This document shows positions 34,160 to 44,547 of a stretch of DNA of 58,137 bases, piece after piece (position 1 is the stretch's first letter; each line of letters starts with the position of its first letter). The DNA lies in the IMG/VR virus record IMGVR_UViG_3300045988_043439, positions 1 through 58,137 of that record; one strand, written 5' to 3'. The position numbers and the translations under genes were made by a program. The notes under the pieces are model-generated. The model saw only the letters and a list, made by a program, of their open reading frames with translations, searched no databases and was not told where the DNA came from. The stretch is from a virus.

Positions 34160-34174
34160 GGAGGTAAACATTCT

Positions 34175-34612
34175 ATGAGTATTGCTATCTCCGGTCTGAA
34201 TACCACCCTGTATTGTGGCGACAGCGCAACCGCTCTGACGAAGCTGTGCGACATTAAGGATGTGCCAGACCTGATCTCCGACCCGAACCTTCTGGATGCA
34301 ACCACCCTGTCTGATGGTATGCAGAAGCAGATTTTTGGCATTGTTCAGGCTGACACCAAAGCCTTTACCGCCAACTACAACAAGACCGACTACGCCGCCG
34401 TCAAGGCCGCTGGTTATGACGATACCTCTGAGAGCAACGTGGACAAGTACTACGCCTTGAAGATGCAGGACGGATCCGGCTTTACTTGGCAGGGTATGCA
34501 CCAGGTCGGTCTGTCTGGCTTTGGTGTGGATGAGGTCGTGGAAATGACCATCAATTGCATCTTCCACTCCACCCCGAAGTTCAGCGAGAGCCTGACCGTT
34601 AATGGCGGCTAA
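34175..34612 (+). CDS. Major tail protein
   Basis: 145 aa, strong RBS AAGGAGG, upstream of the chaperone/tape-measure genes. Confidence 0.65.
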   Translation: MSIAISGLNTTLYCGDSATALTKLCDIKDVPDLISDPNLLDATTLSDGMQKQIFGIVQADTKAFTANYNKTDYAAVKAAGYDDTSESNVDKYYALKMQDGSGFTWQGMHQVGLSGFGVDEVVEMTINCIFHSTPKFSESLTVNGG

Positions 34613-34696
34613 ACTGCAAAAATCGAATCAATCAAACCGGGCAGAACTGAACAACGGATTTGGTTCTGCCCCTATTTATAAAGGAGAGCATTTATT

Positions 34697-35044
34697 ATGG
34701 CTGCTAAGGTTATCAACTTTCATTCCCCCGATGGCAAGAACACTTACGAGCTGACTTTCACCCGCGAGAGCGCCGAAGCCACTGAACGCAACGGCTTCCA
34801 GATCTACGAGTTCTCTAACGGCATCAACCCTGTTAAGAACACTAAGGCTCTGTTCTACGGCGCATTCATTGCTCGCAACAAGGGCATCAAGCGCAATGCG
34901 GTTGACGATATGCTTGATCACATCGAGGACAAGGAAGGTCTGATGGCTGCCCTGATGGAAATGTATGCAGAATCCGTCAAGGCTCTGATTGCCACCGATG
35001 AAGAGGACAAGACCGCAAAAAACGCAACGTGGGAGATTGTGTAA
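34697..35044 (+). CDS. Tail assembly chaperone (gpG analogue)
   Basis: Position; slippery heptamer A_AAA_AAC at 35017-35023 near its 3' end. Confidence 0.65.
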   Translation: MAAKVINFHSPDGKNTYELTFTRESAEATERNGFQIYEFSNGINPVKNTKALFYGAFIARNKGIKRNAVDDMLDHIEDKEGLMAALMEMYAESVKALIATDEEDKTAKNATWEIV

Positions 35045-35454
35045 CCTCACAGTCTCAAGAATCGGACAGTCGCACAGAGCCATTCTCTGTGTCTAAGCTG
35101 TTCCACGATGTAGAAGCCTATTACATTTCCATTGGCATGACCTATGACCAGTTCTGGCGTGATGACGTTTGGCTGGCAAAGGTCTACCGGGACGCGGAAG
35201 AACTGCGTGCCCACAGAGCCAATGTTGAAGCGTGGAGAAATGGTTTCTACACGGCATCTGCGCTTTCCTCTACGGTTGGCAATATGTTCCGCAAGAAAGG
35301 GTCTAGCCCCATCAAGTACATGGATAGACCGATTCCTCTCACCCAGAAAGAGCAGGACGAATACGAATACCAACGCGCACTGGAAGCGCAGGAACGCATC
35401 AAGAGGGCGATGTTCTCTATGATGAATCAGAAGGACGGTGGTAGCAATGGCTGA
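34697..35454 (+). CDS. Tail assembly chaperone -1 frameshift fusion (gpGT analogue; slip at 35017-35023)
   Basis: The -1 frame stays open from the heptamer (…KKRNVGDCVTSQ…) to 35454, overlapping the tape-measure start. Confidence 0.55.
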
Positions 35455-38400
35455 TGTTGATATTACAAGCTTATCCGTAGAGATCTCTGCGGAATCGCAG
35501 GGTGCAGAGCTTAACATTGACAAGCTTGCTACCGCCATTTCTAATTTGCGGACGAAGGGCAGTGTTGGCAAGGTCTGTACAAGCCTTGATAAGCTGTCTA
35601 GTTCCATTTCCGCGCTAAAACAAGCGTCTGCCGGAATTTCCGGTCTGGATAAGGTCACAAACTTCCTGAATGGTATCTCTTCCGTCAACACAACCGCTGG
35701 CGTGAAAGGTGTTAACTCCGTTGTAAATGCCATCAAGAAGATTCCAAACGCGGTATCTGCTCTGAACGGCGTGGACTTCTACTCCATGTCCGGTAGCATC
35801 ACGCAGTTGACGAATGCTCTTGCACCCCTGTCCATTTTGGACATTTCCGGCTTGAAATCGCTTGGTAGCGCGTTCAAGGCGATTGGCACTGTGCCGGACC
35901 TGACCGACAAGCTAAAAGCAGCAGACCTTGATTCTTTCGCGGATTCTTGCCAGAAGATATCCGCTGCGCTCACTCCCCTTGCATCTCAGCTTGACAAAGT
36001 AGGCAACGCCTTTGCAAAACTACCTCCACAGTTGAGCAAGGTCGTGACGCAGGCTAACCGTGTGACCGCTGCCAATGAACGGCAGAAAAAAAGCTACATG
36101 AGCCTTTCCGGCCAGATGAACAGCTTCATGCGGTCTGCGGCAAAGCTTGTCTCGCTGAAAGCCATTGCCACCTATCTTGGCAACGCAGCGGAAAAATTCA
36201 ATAGCTATTATGAAGCTGCAAACCTGTTTGGCGTGTCCATGAAGGGGCTGACCGGCGAAGCAAGCACGTTCATCAACAAGATGGAGACCCTGCTTGGCAT
36301 CGACCCAACTGAAGCCATGAACAACATGGCAACGATTCAGGGTCTGACCACCTCGTTTGGTATGGCAAGCGACAAAGCGTATGTGCTGTCCAAGAACCTG
36401 ACGCAGCTTGGCTACGACCTCGCTTCTTTGAAGAATATCCCTGTTGCGGAATCCTTTACGAAGATTCAGGCAGCTATCTCTGGCGAATTGGAACCGATTC
36501 GCCGTCTGGGTGTCGATATTTCTAACGCACGGTTGCAACAGGAACTGCTTAATCTTGGCTATTCGCAGAGCGTTTCCACCCTGTCTCAGGCTGATAAGGC
36601 TGTTCTGCGGTACATTGCCATCATGAAGCAGACCACCGATGCACAGGGAGACTTTGCCCGAACTCTGTCTAGCCCTGCGAACATGATTCGTATCTTGCAG
36701 GCACAGCTGAACAGTCTGGCTCGCGCCGTTGGTTCTTTGCTCTACCCTGCCCTGAAATCCATTCTCCCTCCGTTGATCGCAGCCGTTGAGCTAGTCAAAG
36801 AACTAGTCACTGGCATTGCATCCATGATGGGCGTGAAGGTGGAGTTCCCCGATTTTAGTAGTGCAAGCGATGCTGTTGGTGGCGTCACGGACGCGATGGA
36901 CAATACCACCAAAGCGACCGGCAAAGCTGCAAAGGCGTTCAAGAACTACATCATGGGTTTCGATGAGCTGAACGTCATCCAGAAGGACAATGGCTCTTCC
37001 GGTGGTTCCGGTTCTGGTGCTGGCGCTGCTGGCAACCTCTTGGGCGATGTAGACTTGTCCGGCTACGATATGTTCAAGAACTACGTTGGTTCTTCTGTTG
37101 ATGAAATCAAGGCAAAACTTGAAAAGTTACTTCCGCTCATCTCTGGAATTGCAGCCGGGTTTGCGACATGGGCAATTAGCAACTCAGTTCTTACCGCCCT
37201 TGAGAAAATCAAAGGCGAAGGCTCTTTGATTGAAGCAGTCTTGAAGCTTTGGAAAAACCCGATAATGGCAGCTGCGGTTGCCGTTGGCATTATCGTTGCA
37301 AGGTTTGTAAGCCTTTATCAGAATAGTGAGAAATTCCGAAAAGGTCTTGAGCGTGTAAGAGCGCTCGTTTACCTCGCAGCAGAAGGGTTCAAGCAAGGCT
37401 GGAATATATCTCTTACGGATGGAAAGCTTGGAGAATCCCTTGAGTATTTGAAGGAATCTCTTTCCAATCTCGGCCAATCTATCCTGAATTTGCTCCCCGA
37501 AAGCTGGCAAGAAGGAATCACTTCCGCGTTTGATTCCATTTCAAAAGTTGTGAAGAAGCTCGACCTTGACGTTTGGGATTTAGTTACAACGCTTGCTGGC
37601 ATCGGACTTATTGTATCCGGTCATCCTGTTGCGGGTCTTGCTGTTATAGGATTTGAAGCTATTTCCGTAGCTGTTCGCGGGCTTGGAAGTGAAAATCAGA
37701 AAACCGCCTTTGGAATGGAAACCGACTGGTTCAATTCCTTCAAGTCTATTGGCGAAAGCGTTGCAAACTTTGCGGCTGCTGCCGTTACCGCGATTGGGAA
37801 CATCATTAACGATATTGCAATCTTTGTTGGTTGGATTAAAAACGGAGTTTCCGAAACAGACCGCTTGGATTTGCAGATGAATGGCAACTTCATTGAAAAC
37901 TTTGTAATGGGCATTGCCCAAACAATCCACAATATAGGCGTTTTTGTTGGGTGGATTACAAGTGGCGTTGATGAAGCTGACCGGTTGGCAATTGCAGCGA
38001 ACGGAAATTTTGCAGAAAAGTTCATCCTTCTGATTGCTGACGTTATCAACGGAATTAAAGAAGCCGTGAAGTGGTTCGGGAAGTTAATCGAGAAAATCTC
38101 CAAGTTCAATCCTGTTAGCGTTGGCAAAAACATCATAGATGGCATCGCAAAAGGCATCGTTGGCAGAAAGAGCGTTGCGGATGATGCTGTCAAGGTTGTA
38201 ACGGACGGAATCCAAGAAGAAGCACAGACTGAGCTTGGCATCCACTCCCCTTCTAAAGTTTTCAAGGGCTACGGTGGTTACATCGTAGAAGGTCTTGCCA
38301 ATGGTATCTCCGCTGCCAAAGACCTTGCGGTGAACGCTATCCAGTCCGTGTCTGATGCAGTAAAGACCATCGGTTCTCAGCTGGCAGATGAGAACTACGG

Positions 38401-39658
38401 TTTGCGCGGTGGCTCTATCAGCCTGTCTGTTGACGCAAGCGGCAAGTCCATGATGGACACCGCAAACGCGCTGAAACGCACGATGCGCACCACCAATGAT
38501 AGCTTTGGCGGCTGGTTCAAGAAGATGAAAACCGACTTGGGCGACTTCACAGAAGGTATCAACGCTGTTACTAAGGCAGGCAAAGACATCTCCAACGGCT
38601 TCAAATCTTCTATTGATGCTCTTACCGCTGCATCGAAGTCCATCCTGAACACGCACGATGGTTTTGTGAGTGCGGTCTCTGATATCCGGTCTTTTGTAAA
38701 GACGAGCGTTGCGGAGATTGAGAACGAGTACCAGTACAACGGTTTCTTTGGCGCTGCCGGTCTTGCCATTCAAAAGGCGTTTGAGGGCGTGTACCTTGTG
38801 TTCGACAAGGTTTCTACTGCCATCAAGAACGTGTCTGACACCATTGATAGCGTAAAGAACGTTATCACCACCTTTAATGCCCTGAAAACCAAAGTTGGTG
38901 AGGTCATCGACCAAGTTCCCGCTTTGAAACAGGCGTATGGTGGCCTGAAATCGTTCTTTAGTGACCTGTTCAACAAGGATAGCGGCATTGGCAAAATCGT
39001 GTCTGACGGCTTTGACTTCATCAAAACGAAAGCTGGAGACGTAGCAAACTGGTTTAAGGAAAAGCTCAACATTGGAAGTTCCGGCAGCTCTGCTGGTGGC
39101 GGTTCGTTAGGAGCTCTCGGAAGTACAGCGGCTTCTGGCGGCGCATTGTCGCATCTTGGTGCATACGGTGGAATAGGCGCTGGTGTTGGCCTTGGCCTTT
39201 CTGGTGGCATCCAGTGGTGGAAGGACATGATAGGGACTTGGGGAGATTCTGATAAATCCTCTGGCACAAAAGTTCTTGAATCCATAAAGCACACCCTTTG
39301 GGATTTGTCACCTATTGGAGCACTCGTGAATCTTGGCAAGAAGATTTTCGGCTTTGCAAGCGGTGGTTTCCCTGATGCCGGACAGCTTTTCATCGCCCGA
39401 GAAGCCGGTGCAGAGATGGTCGGTTCTATGGGCGGTCACACAGCAGTTGCCAACAATGACCAAATCGTTGAGGGAATCCGCGAAGGTGTTGAAGCTGCAA
39501 TGGAGCGTCAGAACCAGCTTCTGCGCCGTCAGAACGAGCTGTTGCAGGCTCTGCTTGAGAAGGAAGGGAACGCAGAGATCAACGTGTCCAGCTTCTATCA
39601 GGCAGTGAACAGAACGAACCAGCGCAACGGCAAAACAATTATCCCGGTAGGTACTTAA
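35447..39658 (+). CDS. Tape measure protein
   Basis: About 1400 aa, Ala/Gly/Ser-rich with TM-like segments; position after the chaperones. Confidence 0.85.
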   Translation: MADVDITSLSVEISAESQGAELNIDKLATAISNLRTKGSVGKVCTSLDKLSSSISALKQASAGISGLDKVTNFLNGISSVNTTAGVKGVNSVVNAIKKIPNAVSALNGVDFYSMSGSITQLTNALAPLSILDISGLKSLGSAFKAIGTVPDLTDKLKAADLDSFADSCQKISAALTPLASQLDKVGNAFAKLPPQLSKVVTQANRVTAANERQKKSYMSLSGQMNSFMRSAAKLVSLKAIATYLGNAAEKFNSYYEAANLFGVSMKGLTGEASTFINKMETLLGIDPTEAMNNMATIQGLTTSFGMASDKAYVLSKNLTQLGYDLASLKNIPVAESFTKIQAAISGELEPIRRLGVDISNARLQQELLNLGYSQSVSTLSQADKAVLRYIAIMKQTTDAQGDFARTLSSPANMIRILQAQLNSLARAVGSLLYPALKSILPPLIAAVELVKELVTGIASMMGVKVEFPDFSSASDAVGGVTDAMDNTTKATGKAAKAFKNYIMGFDELNVIQKDNGSSGGSGSGAGAAGNLLGDVDLSGYDMFKNYVGSSVDEIKAKLEKLLPLISGIAAGFATWAISNSVLTALEKIKGEGSLIEAVLKLWKNPIMAAAVAVGIIVARFVSLYQNSEKFRKGLERVRALVYLAAEGFKQGWNISLTDGKLGESLEYLKESLSNLGQSILNLLPESWQEGITSAFDSISKVVKKLDLDVWDLVTTLAGIGLIVSGHPVAGLAVIGFEAISVAVRGLGSENQKTAFGMETDWFNSFKSIGESVANFAAAAVTAIGNIINDIAIFVGWIKNGVSETDRLDLQMNGNFIENFVMGIAQTIHNIGVFVGWITSGVDEADRLAIAANGNFAEKFILLIADVINGIKEAVKWFGKLIEKISKFNPVSVGKNIIDGIAKGIVGRKSVADDAVKVVTDGIQEEAQTELGIHSPSKVFKGYGGYIVEGLANGISAAKDLAVNAIQSVSDAVKTIGSQLADENYGLRGGSISLSVDASGKSMMDTANALKRTMRTTNDSFGGWFKKMKTDLGDFTEGINAVTKAGKDISNGFKSSIDALTAASKSILNTHDGFVSAVSDIRSFVKTSVAEIENEYQYNGFFGAAGLAIQKAFEGVYLVFDKVSTAIKNVSDTIDSVKNVITTFNALKTKVGEVIDQVPALKQAYGGLKSFFSDLFNKDSGIGKIVSDGFDFIKTKAGDVANWFKEKLNIGSSGSSAGGGSLGALGSTAASGGALSHLGAYGGIGAGVGLGLSGGIQWWKDMIGTWGDSDKSSGTKVLESIKHTLWDLSPIGALVNLGKKIFGFASGGFPDAGQLFIAREAGAEMVGSMGGHTAVANNDQIVEGIREGVEAAMERQNQLLRRQNELLQALLEKEGNAEINVSSFYQAVNRTNQRNGKTIIPVGT

Positions 39659-39671
39659 AGGAGGGGCATTT

Positions 39672-40049
39672 ATGGAACTTGACCAGTACAATCCGATTCG
39701 GAGCGTGGATGGGCAGTATCTTAAATGCCCCTCTTCTTATCAGTGGCGGTTACAGGACATTTCAGCATCCGATGCCGGACGCACAGAGGATAACAAGATG
39801 GACAAGAAACGTCTTGGACAGTGCGTCAAGCTGGAACTGGAATGGAAGTACACCACCATTCAAGAAGCCGCTGTTATTCTGAAAGCGTTCAACCCGGAAT
39901 ACATCAACGTCACCTACCTTGACGCAATGGCTGGCGATTGGAAAACCAGCGAGTTCTACGTTGGTGACCGTGCTGTTCCTATGTACAATTCGCGGATGAA
40001 TCGCTGGGAAGGGATATCTTTTAACATTATCGAAAGGGCTGCACACTGA
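39672..40049 (+). CDS. Distal tail protein (small)
   Basis: Position immediately after the tape measure gene. Confidence 0.45.
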   Translation: MELDQYNPIRSVDGQYLKCPSSYQWRLQDISASDAGRTEDNKMDKKRLGQCVKLELEWKYTTIQEAAVILKAFNPEYINVTYLDAMAGDWKTSEFYVGDRAVPMYNSRMNRWEGISFNIIERAAH

Positions 40050-41872
40050 TGGTCAATGTATCGCAAGATATCATAAAATCCTTCAACGAGGGCAACAAAC
40101 AGACTGCTCTTATTGAGGTTACTGCTGGCAGCAAGACGTTCACCATCACCGATGCAGATATCATTCAGGGCGGGTTGAAGATTGACCGGTACTGCGTGAC
40201 AAACAGCAAAATCGAGGTCGGCTCTGCGGTTGCGTCTGAACTGTCCTTGAAGCTGCGAAACTACGATGGCAGGTTCAACGATGTTTCCTTCGAGGGCGCT
40301 GTCCTGAACGTTAAAATCGGCATCAAACTGTCCAGCGTCCTTGAGGGCGCAATGCTTGGCAAGGGCATTCTTGGACGTATGATTCTTGGCTCTGCATCTT
40401 CCGATCAAGACGTTGCGTATGTTCCCTGTGGTTTGTTCATTGTAGACACGCCACCCAGAAAGCTAAGCACTATAAGCATCTCTGCATTGGACTACATGGT
40501 CTTGTTTGACCGTGAGGTGAACGCTTCTGCCCTCTCCTTCCCTATCCATGTTGACGCGCTTATTCAGAAAATCTGCTCCATCTGCAATGTCACGCTTGCA
40601 ACGGACGTTTCGGTGCTGCCAAACCACTATTTCAGCATCGGTGGTCTGCCGGATACTAACCAGAAGCTGACCTACCGCCAGCTTTTGCAATGGTGTGCGC
40701 AGCTTACCGGTACTTGCGCGTTTATGGATGGTAGCGGAAGGCTTGTGCTGAAATGGTATGAGCAGACCGGCGTGACCATTACCGCAAGTGAACGCTATTC
40801 CAGTGATATGTTGGAGAACGACATCACCATTACCGGCTTCACCTGTGACGATGGCAAGGGCAACACATACCTGTCTGGCACAGCAGATTACACGCTTGAC
40901 CTAAGTGACTGCGGTTTCCTGACCAACGCCTACGATGGTGTCTTGAATGAATTGCAAGCTGCGCGCGGCGGGTTTGCATACCGCCCATACAGCGCTACTA
41001 TCAAGTCCGCGCCATATTTGTTCCCGCTGGACATGATACGCTACAAGGACAAAGACGGCGTTGTACATGATACCATTGTCACCAACGTTACGCTTGCTTT
41101 GAACTGCAACACAGCGATTTCCGGCGCTGGCGAAACGATCACAAGTTCTTCCTACGCGCAGTCTACAAGCGGCGTTACAAACCAGCAGGCGGCAACGGAC
41201 AGGGCAAACCTAGTAAAAATAAACCAAGCAGAGCAAAACGCCAAAAATGAACTTTACAGCATGATGACGTTTACTCCTGAAAATGGGTTGGTCATCACTC
41301 GTAGCAACTGGGAAGGCAAAGTCCAAATCACAGGCCAAAACGTACAGGTCGTTCGTGGAAACAATAAAGTTGTTATAAACGACAATGGCATAGACATAAC
41401 GGATGGCTATGGAAGTGTTTCTATATATAGCGGTGGCATATCTTTTCACGGCATTCGCAACAGTAAAATTTTTGAATGGCCTTATAAGAAGGATTCTTAT
41501 GGAAACCCTACAGGTGGATTTGATGCACAAACAACAAAAATTGACCTTTCCTCTTACTCATCAGTTATATTAGTTTACGACACACAGAAAGAAGGAACTT
41601 GGCTTGCTTCCGGTGGTGGCGCTGGTAGGCTTACCGTTGTTCTTCCAGTTAACGGACAAACATATTCTTACGCTTATCCGTGGAATACCGTTCATTGGAG
41701 AGAAGTAAAAGTTGAAACCACTGGAATCACATTCGGTTACGGAAAAGAACGAACGTCAGATTATAAAAACAACGTTATAACAGGTTTGATACATTTGGAA
41801 ACTCCCGTTACTGATGGCGCAACCAAAAACAACAGCGTATGCCGCCCGCTGGAACTGTACGGTTTTATGTGA
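40049..41872 (+). CDS. Tail-associated / baseplate hub protein
   Basis: 607 aa; position; the N-terminus is typical of siphophage tail proteins. Confidence 0.55.
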   Translation: MVNVSQDIIKSFNEGNKQTALIEVTAGSKTFTITDADIIQGGLKIDRYCVTNSKIEVGSAVASELSLKLRNYDGRFNDVSFEGAVLNVKIGIKLSSVLEGAMLGKGILGRMILGSASSDQDVAYVPCGLFIVDTPPRKLSTISISALDYMVLFDREVNASALSFPIHVDALIQKICSICNVTLATDVSVLPNHYFSIGGLPDTNQKLTYRQLLQWCAQLTGTCAFMDGSGRLVLKWYEQTGVTITASERYSSDMLENDITITGFTCDDGKGNTYLSGTADYTLDLSDCGFLTNAYDGVLNELQAARGGFAYRPYSATIKSAPYLFPLDMIRYKDKDGVVHDTIVTNVTLALNCNTAISGAGETITSSSYAQSTSGVTNQQAATDRANLVKINQAEQNAKNELYSMMTFTPENGLVITRSNWEGKVQITGQNVQVVRGNNKVVINDNGIDITDGYGSVSIYSGGISFHGIRNSKIFEWPYKKDSYGNPTGGFDAQTTKIDLSSYSSVILVYDTQKEGTWLASGGGAGRLTVVLPVNGQTYSYAYPWNTVHWREVKVETTGITFGYGKERTSDYKNNVITGLIHLETPVTDGATKNNSVCRPLELYGFM

Positions 41873-41881
41873 GGAGATATT

Positions 41882-42160
41882 ATGGAGCATTTCAAATTCA
41901 AGTGCAAAGTTGCATCGGATGGTCGATTGTATGGCGGCGGCTGGTGCCACGAAAGCGTTATCCCAAACCCGCTTCCGCTTGATGAAATTCTGTTTGATGA
42001 CTTGTCAGGAATGACAGAAGGGTTTTATACAGACTATTTGTGGGATGGAAGCAATTTGATATACAGCCCCGTACCAACAGACGATGAGCCTGCTGATCCC
42101 GAAACAGAAACAGCTTTTACGCAAACCAACGAAAATGAAGATGAGGTAACTTATCAATGA
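41882..42160 (+). CDS. Hypothetical tail-associated protein
   Basis: 92 aa with an acidic C-terminus. Confidence 0.4.
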   Translation: MEHFKFKCKVASDGRLYGGGWCHESVIPNPLPLDEILFDDLSGMTEGFYTDYLWDGSNLIYSPVPTDDEPADPETETAFTQTNENEDEVTYQ

Positions 42161-42492
42161 GCTATCAAAAGCAGAACTTTGCAAACGGCGAAGTGCTTAC
42201 CGCTCCGCAGCTGAACCACATTGAGGACGGCATTGTGGATTTGGAGAGCAATTCAAACACTACGCTTGCTGGCAAAGCAGATAAATCAGAAGTGCAAGCG
42301 AACGCGAAAAGCATTTCCGATGAAACCACCCGCGCCAAGGGCGAAGAGCAGCGCTTGGATACCGCCATCACCGCCGAAACCGCTCGCGCGGAACAGGCAG
42401 AGCAAGCGCTGGATACGCGCACCGCAGCCCTCGAATCTTGCGGATTTGTCGTTGTAGACGGCAAAATCTGCGTGAAATATGTCAAACGCTGA
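42157..42492 (+). CDS. Tail-fibre-associated coiled-coil protein
   Basis: N-terminus QNFANGEVLTAPQLNHIEDGI is common in fibre proteins, followed by a coiled coil. Confidence 0.45.
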   Translation: MSYQKQNFANGEVLTAPQLNHIEDGIVDLESNSNTTLAGKADKSEVQANAKSISDETTRAKGEEQRLDTAITAETARAEQAEQALDTRTAALESCGFVVVDGKICVKYVKR

Positions 42493-42506
42493 AAGGAGCA
42501 AAACAC

Positions 42507-43790
42507 ATGACTGATAACACTGAGACTGTAGCTGCAGCGGCAACTCTCGTAACCGAGCCTCCCTATCTGGACAAGACCGCAAAAGACAATGGCAAAAAGC
42601 TTGACCAGATGACCGCCGCCCTGCTGGGTATGTCCAGCTCGCTGGGCGTGATCGCGCGGGCACAGACCGGCGTGGTGGAGGAGATGGACTATAACGGCAT
42701 CAAGGCCGTGGTGGCTGCCGGTAACGCACCGGCGGTTTTCCCGGTGGGCACCCAGCTTGTCAACACCTACACCGGCAAGGACGGCAAAGTCTACGACTGC
42801 CCGTGGGACGTGGTAAAGACGGACGATATCGCCGAGGGTGAGACCGGCACCACCGCACCCGCAATGGTGCTGCAGATGCACTACGCATCTCTGGAAGATA
42901 TCCAGTTTTCCGCATATCAGGCCTTTTTCGTTGTGCCGGAGGCTGGCCTTGTGGCTGGCGCCTACAACGTCAAGATGGGGCTGGACTGGGGCAGCAACGT
43001 AAAGACTGGTACCGTCTACCAGTTTACTCTGACCAAGAACGCCCCTGCAGGCGCACGCCTGACCGGCTTCTATAATGCACCGGACGTTGCGCCCGCAAAC
43101 TGGAAGGTCTACGTCTACAAGGATCGGATGAAGTCCGAGCTGCTGGAGACCTGCAACGTGACCGCCGGTGATGCTGGCACGAACCTCGGCACGTTCCTCG
43201 CAAAACCCAACGGCAACCTGAACGGCTTGCACCCCGTTGGCTACGGCGACAACCGGTGGTGGAAGTCCGCGTATCGTCAGTACCTCAACAGCGATGCACC
43301 CGCTAAAGAGTGGTGGGCTCCGCAGGACGAGTGGGACATGAAACCCGATCAGGCAGACACCGTGCCCGGCTTCCTTGCGGGCTTCTCTGATGACTTCAAG
43401 GCTGCCCTGACCCGCGTGAAGGTCGTGACCTACGGCAACACCGTCACCGATGACGGCAGCGCTGTGGTGACCTATGACAAGATTTTCCTGCCCTCGCTGC
43501 AGGAGATCTACTGCTCGCCGCAGGTGTCTGGCGAGGGCACCGGCTACTGGCCTTACTGGAAAGAGCGCACCGGCGCAAAGACCCCGCAGGCTCTGTGGCA
43601 GACCTACCCGCTGCGCATCACCCGCGATCTGGCACAGCGTACTGTGGGCCGCCGTGTGCGGCTGCGCTCTGCGTATCGTGGCGGCGGCAACGATGCCTTC
43701 TACGTGGGCTCCAGCGGCGGCGTCTACGGCTGGAGCGCGGTCGGCGCGGGTCGCTGCGCCCCGGCTTGCGAAATGACCAATCTTAAATAA
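42507..43790 (+). CDS. DGR target: receptor-binding / tail-fibre protein with a C-terminal variable region
   Basis: RBS GAAAGGAG; the last ~45 codons are the VR (RLRSAYRGGGNDAFYVGSSGGVYGWSAVGAGRCAP). Confidence 0.8.
   Translation: MTDNTETVAAAATLVTEPPYLDKTAKDNGKKLDQMTAALLGMSSSLGVIARAQTGVVEEMDYNGIKAVVAAGNAPAVFPVGTQLVNTYTGKDGKVYDCPWDVVKTDDIAEGETGTTAPAMVLQMHYASLEDIQFSAYQAFFVVPEAGLVAGAYNVKMGLDWGSNVKTGTVYQFTLTKNAPAGARLTGFYNAPDVAPANWKVYVYKDRMKSELLETCNVTAGDAGTNLGTFLAKPNGNLNGLHPVGYGDNRWWKSAYRQYLNSDAPAKEWWAPQDEWDMKPDQADTVPGFLAGFSDDFKAALTRVKVVTYGNTVTDDGSAVVTYDKIFLPSLQEIYCSPQVSGEGTGYWPYWKERTGAKTPQALWQTYPLRITRDLAQRTVGRRVRLRSAYRGGGNDAFYVGSSGGVYGWSAVGAGRCAPACEMTNLK
43644..43768 (+). repeat. DGR variable repeat (VR)
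   Basis: Aligns with 44267-44391; by hand count all 22 mismatches fall at TR adenines. Confidence 0.85.
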
Positions 43791-43791
43791 T

Positions 43792-43815
43792 CACCGGGCA
43801 ATCCCTTGCCCGGTG
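43792..43815 (+). promoter_or_regulatory. GC-rich hairpin just 3' of the VR (DGR homing-enhancer-like)
   Basis: caccgggcaa-tccc-ttgcccggtg: perfect 10-bp stem, 4-nt loop, no T-run. Confidence 0.6.
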
Positions 43816-43834
43816 AGAAAGTGAGTGCTATCCC

Positions 43835-44245
43835 ATGGCAATGCGTAAAGACCAGATACCGGACAATAAATTCACGCTGCCGCTTGACGCGCGTGAGCTG
43901 GCACTGTATACCAGACAGATCACCAAAAACGCGAAAGTGTTTGACCTCGAAATTGACGCAAGCCTTCCCGGTCAACTGCGCGCTACGGCAGACCGGATAT
44001 TTTTTGATATCTTCGGAGCAAACGACCTCCGGCTGGACAAGCCGAACGAAAGAGAGGAGCGCTTTAAGCTTCAAAGGCACGCCGTCCGGCTGTGCACCGT
44101 CCTTTTGGCGGAGATAGACATGGCAAAAGCCAGCTACCACCTTTCTGGCAAACGGTGCTCTTTCTGGGGCAACACTGTGCGCGATATCCGGCAGCGTTGC
44201 CGGGACTGGCACGAGAGTGATGCAAAGCGTGCAAAAGCGCTTTGA
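43835..44245 (+). CDS. avd: Accessory variability determinant (Avd-like helical bundle protein)
   Basis: 136 aa, basic and helical; sits between the target gene and the TR, as in BPP-1. Confidence 0.7.
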   Translation: MAMRKDQIPDNKFTLPLDARELALYTRQITKNAKVFDLEIDASLPGQLRATADRIFFDIFGANDLRLDKPNEREERFKLQRHAVRLCTVLLAEIDMAKASYHLSGKRCSFWGNTVRDIRQRCRDWHESDAKRAKAL

Positions 44246-44266
44246 CATAAAAATGGCTGTAGGCTA

Positions 44267-44391
44267 ATGGGCCGCAATGTGCGGCTGCGCTCTGCGAATC
44301 GTGGCAACGGCAACAATGCCTTCAACGTGAACTCCAGCGGCAACGTCAACAACTGGAACGCGATCAACGCGAATCGCTGCGCCCCGGATTG
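44267..44391 (+). repeat. DGR template repeat (TR), rich in AAC codons
   Basis: tgggccgcAAtgtgcggctgcgctctgcgAAtcgtggcAAcggcaacAAtgcc...; non-coding despite the ORF-track entry 44267-44563. Confidence 0.85.
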
Positions 44392-44547
44392 GACGGCAGC
44401 ACGCCCACAAAAGCCCCTGCATAGCAGAGGCCGGGCAAAAACTGCCGTGCAAGGAGCCGAGTGCCATGTCTGTCCTCTGGCAGACGAACAATATCAGCCG
44501 GACGTGGCCACCCTGCGGGGTGTTGACCGCTATCACCCGGCAGATCC

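Noticed and set aside
42165-43232. 355-aa minus-strand ORF, and similar long antisense ORFs (3035-3676, 29644-30465, 31336-32427, 33722-34567, 38084-38914, 44569-45318, 49505-50155, 50073-50759, 53319-54116)
   Set aside because: All lie antisense to well-supported genes (fibre, portal, capsid, tape measure, RT, parA and others). Their composition is junk-like (Arg/Ser/Cys/His-rich), they lack an RBS, and their stop-free length is explained by the codon bias of the sense gene.
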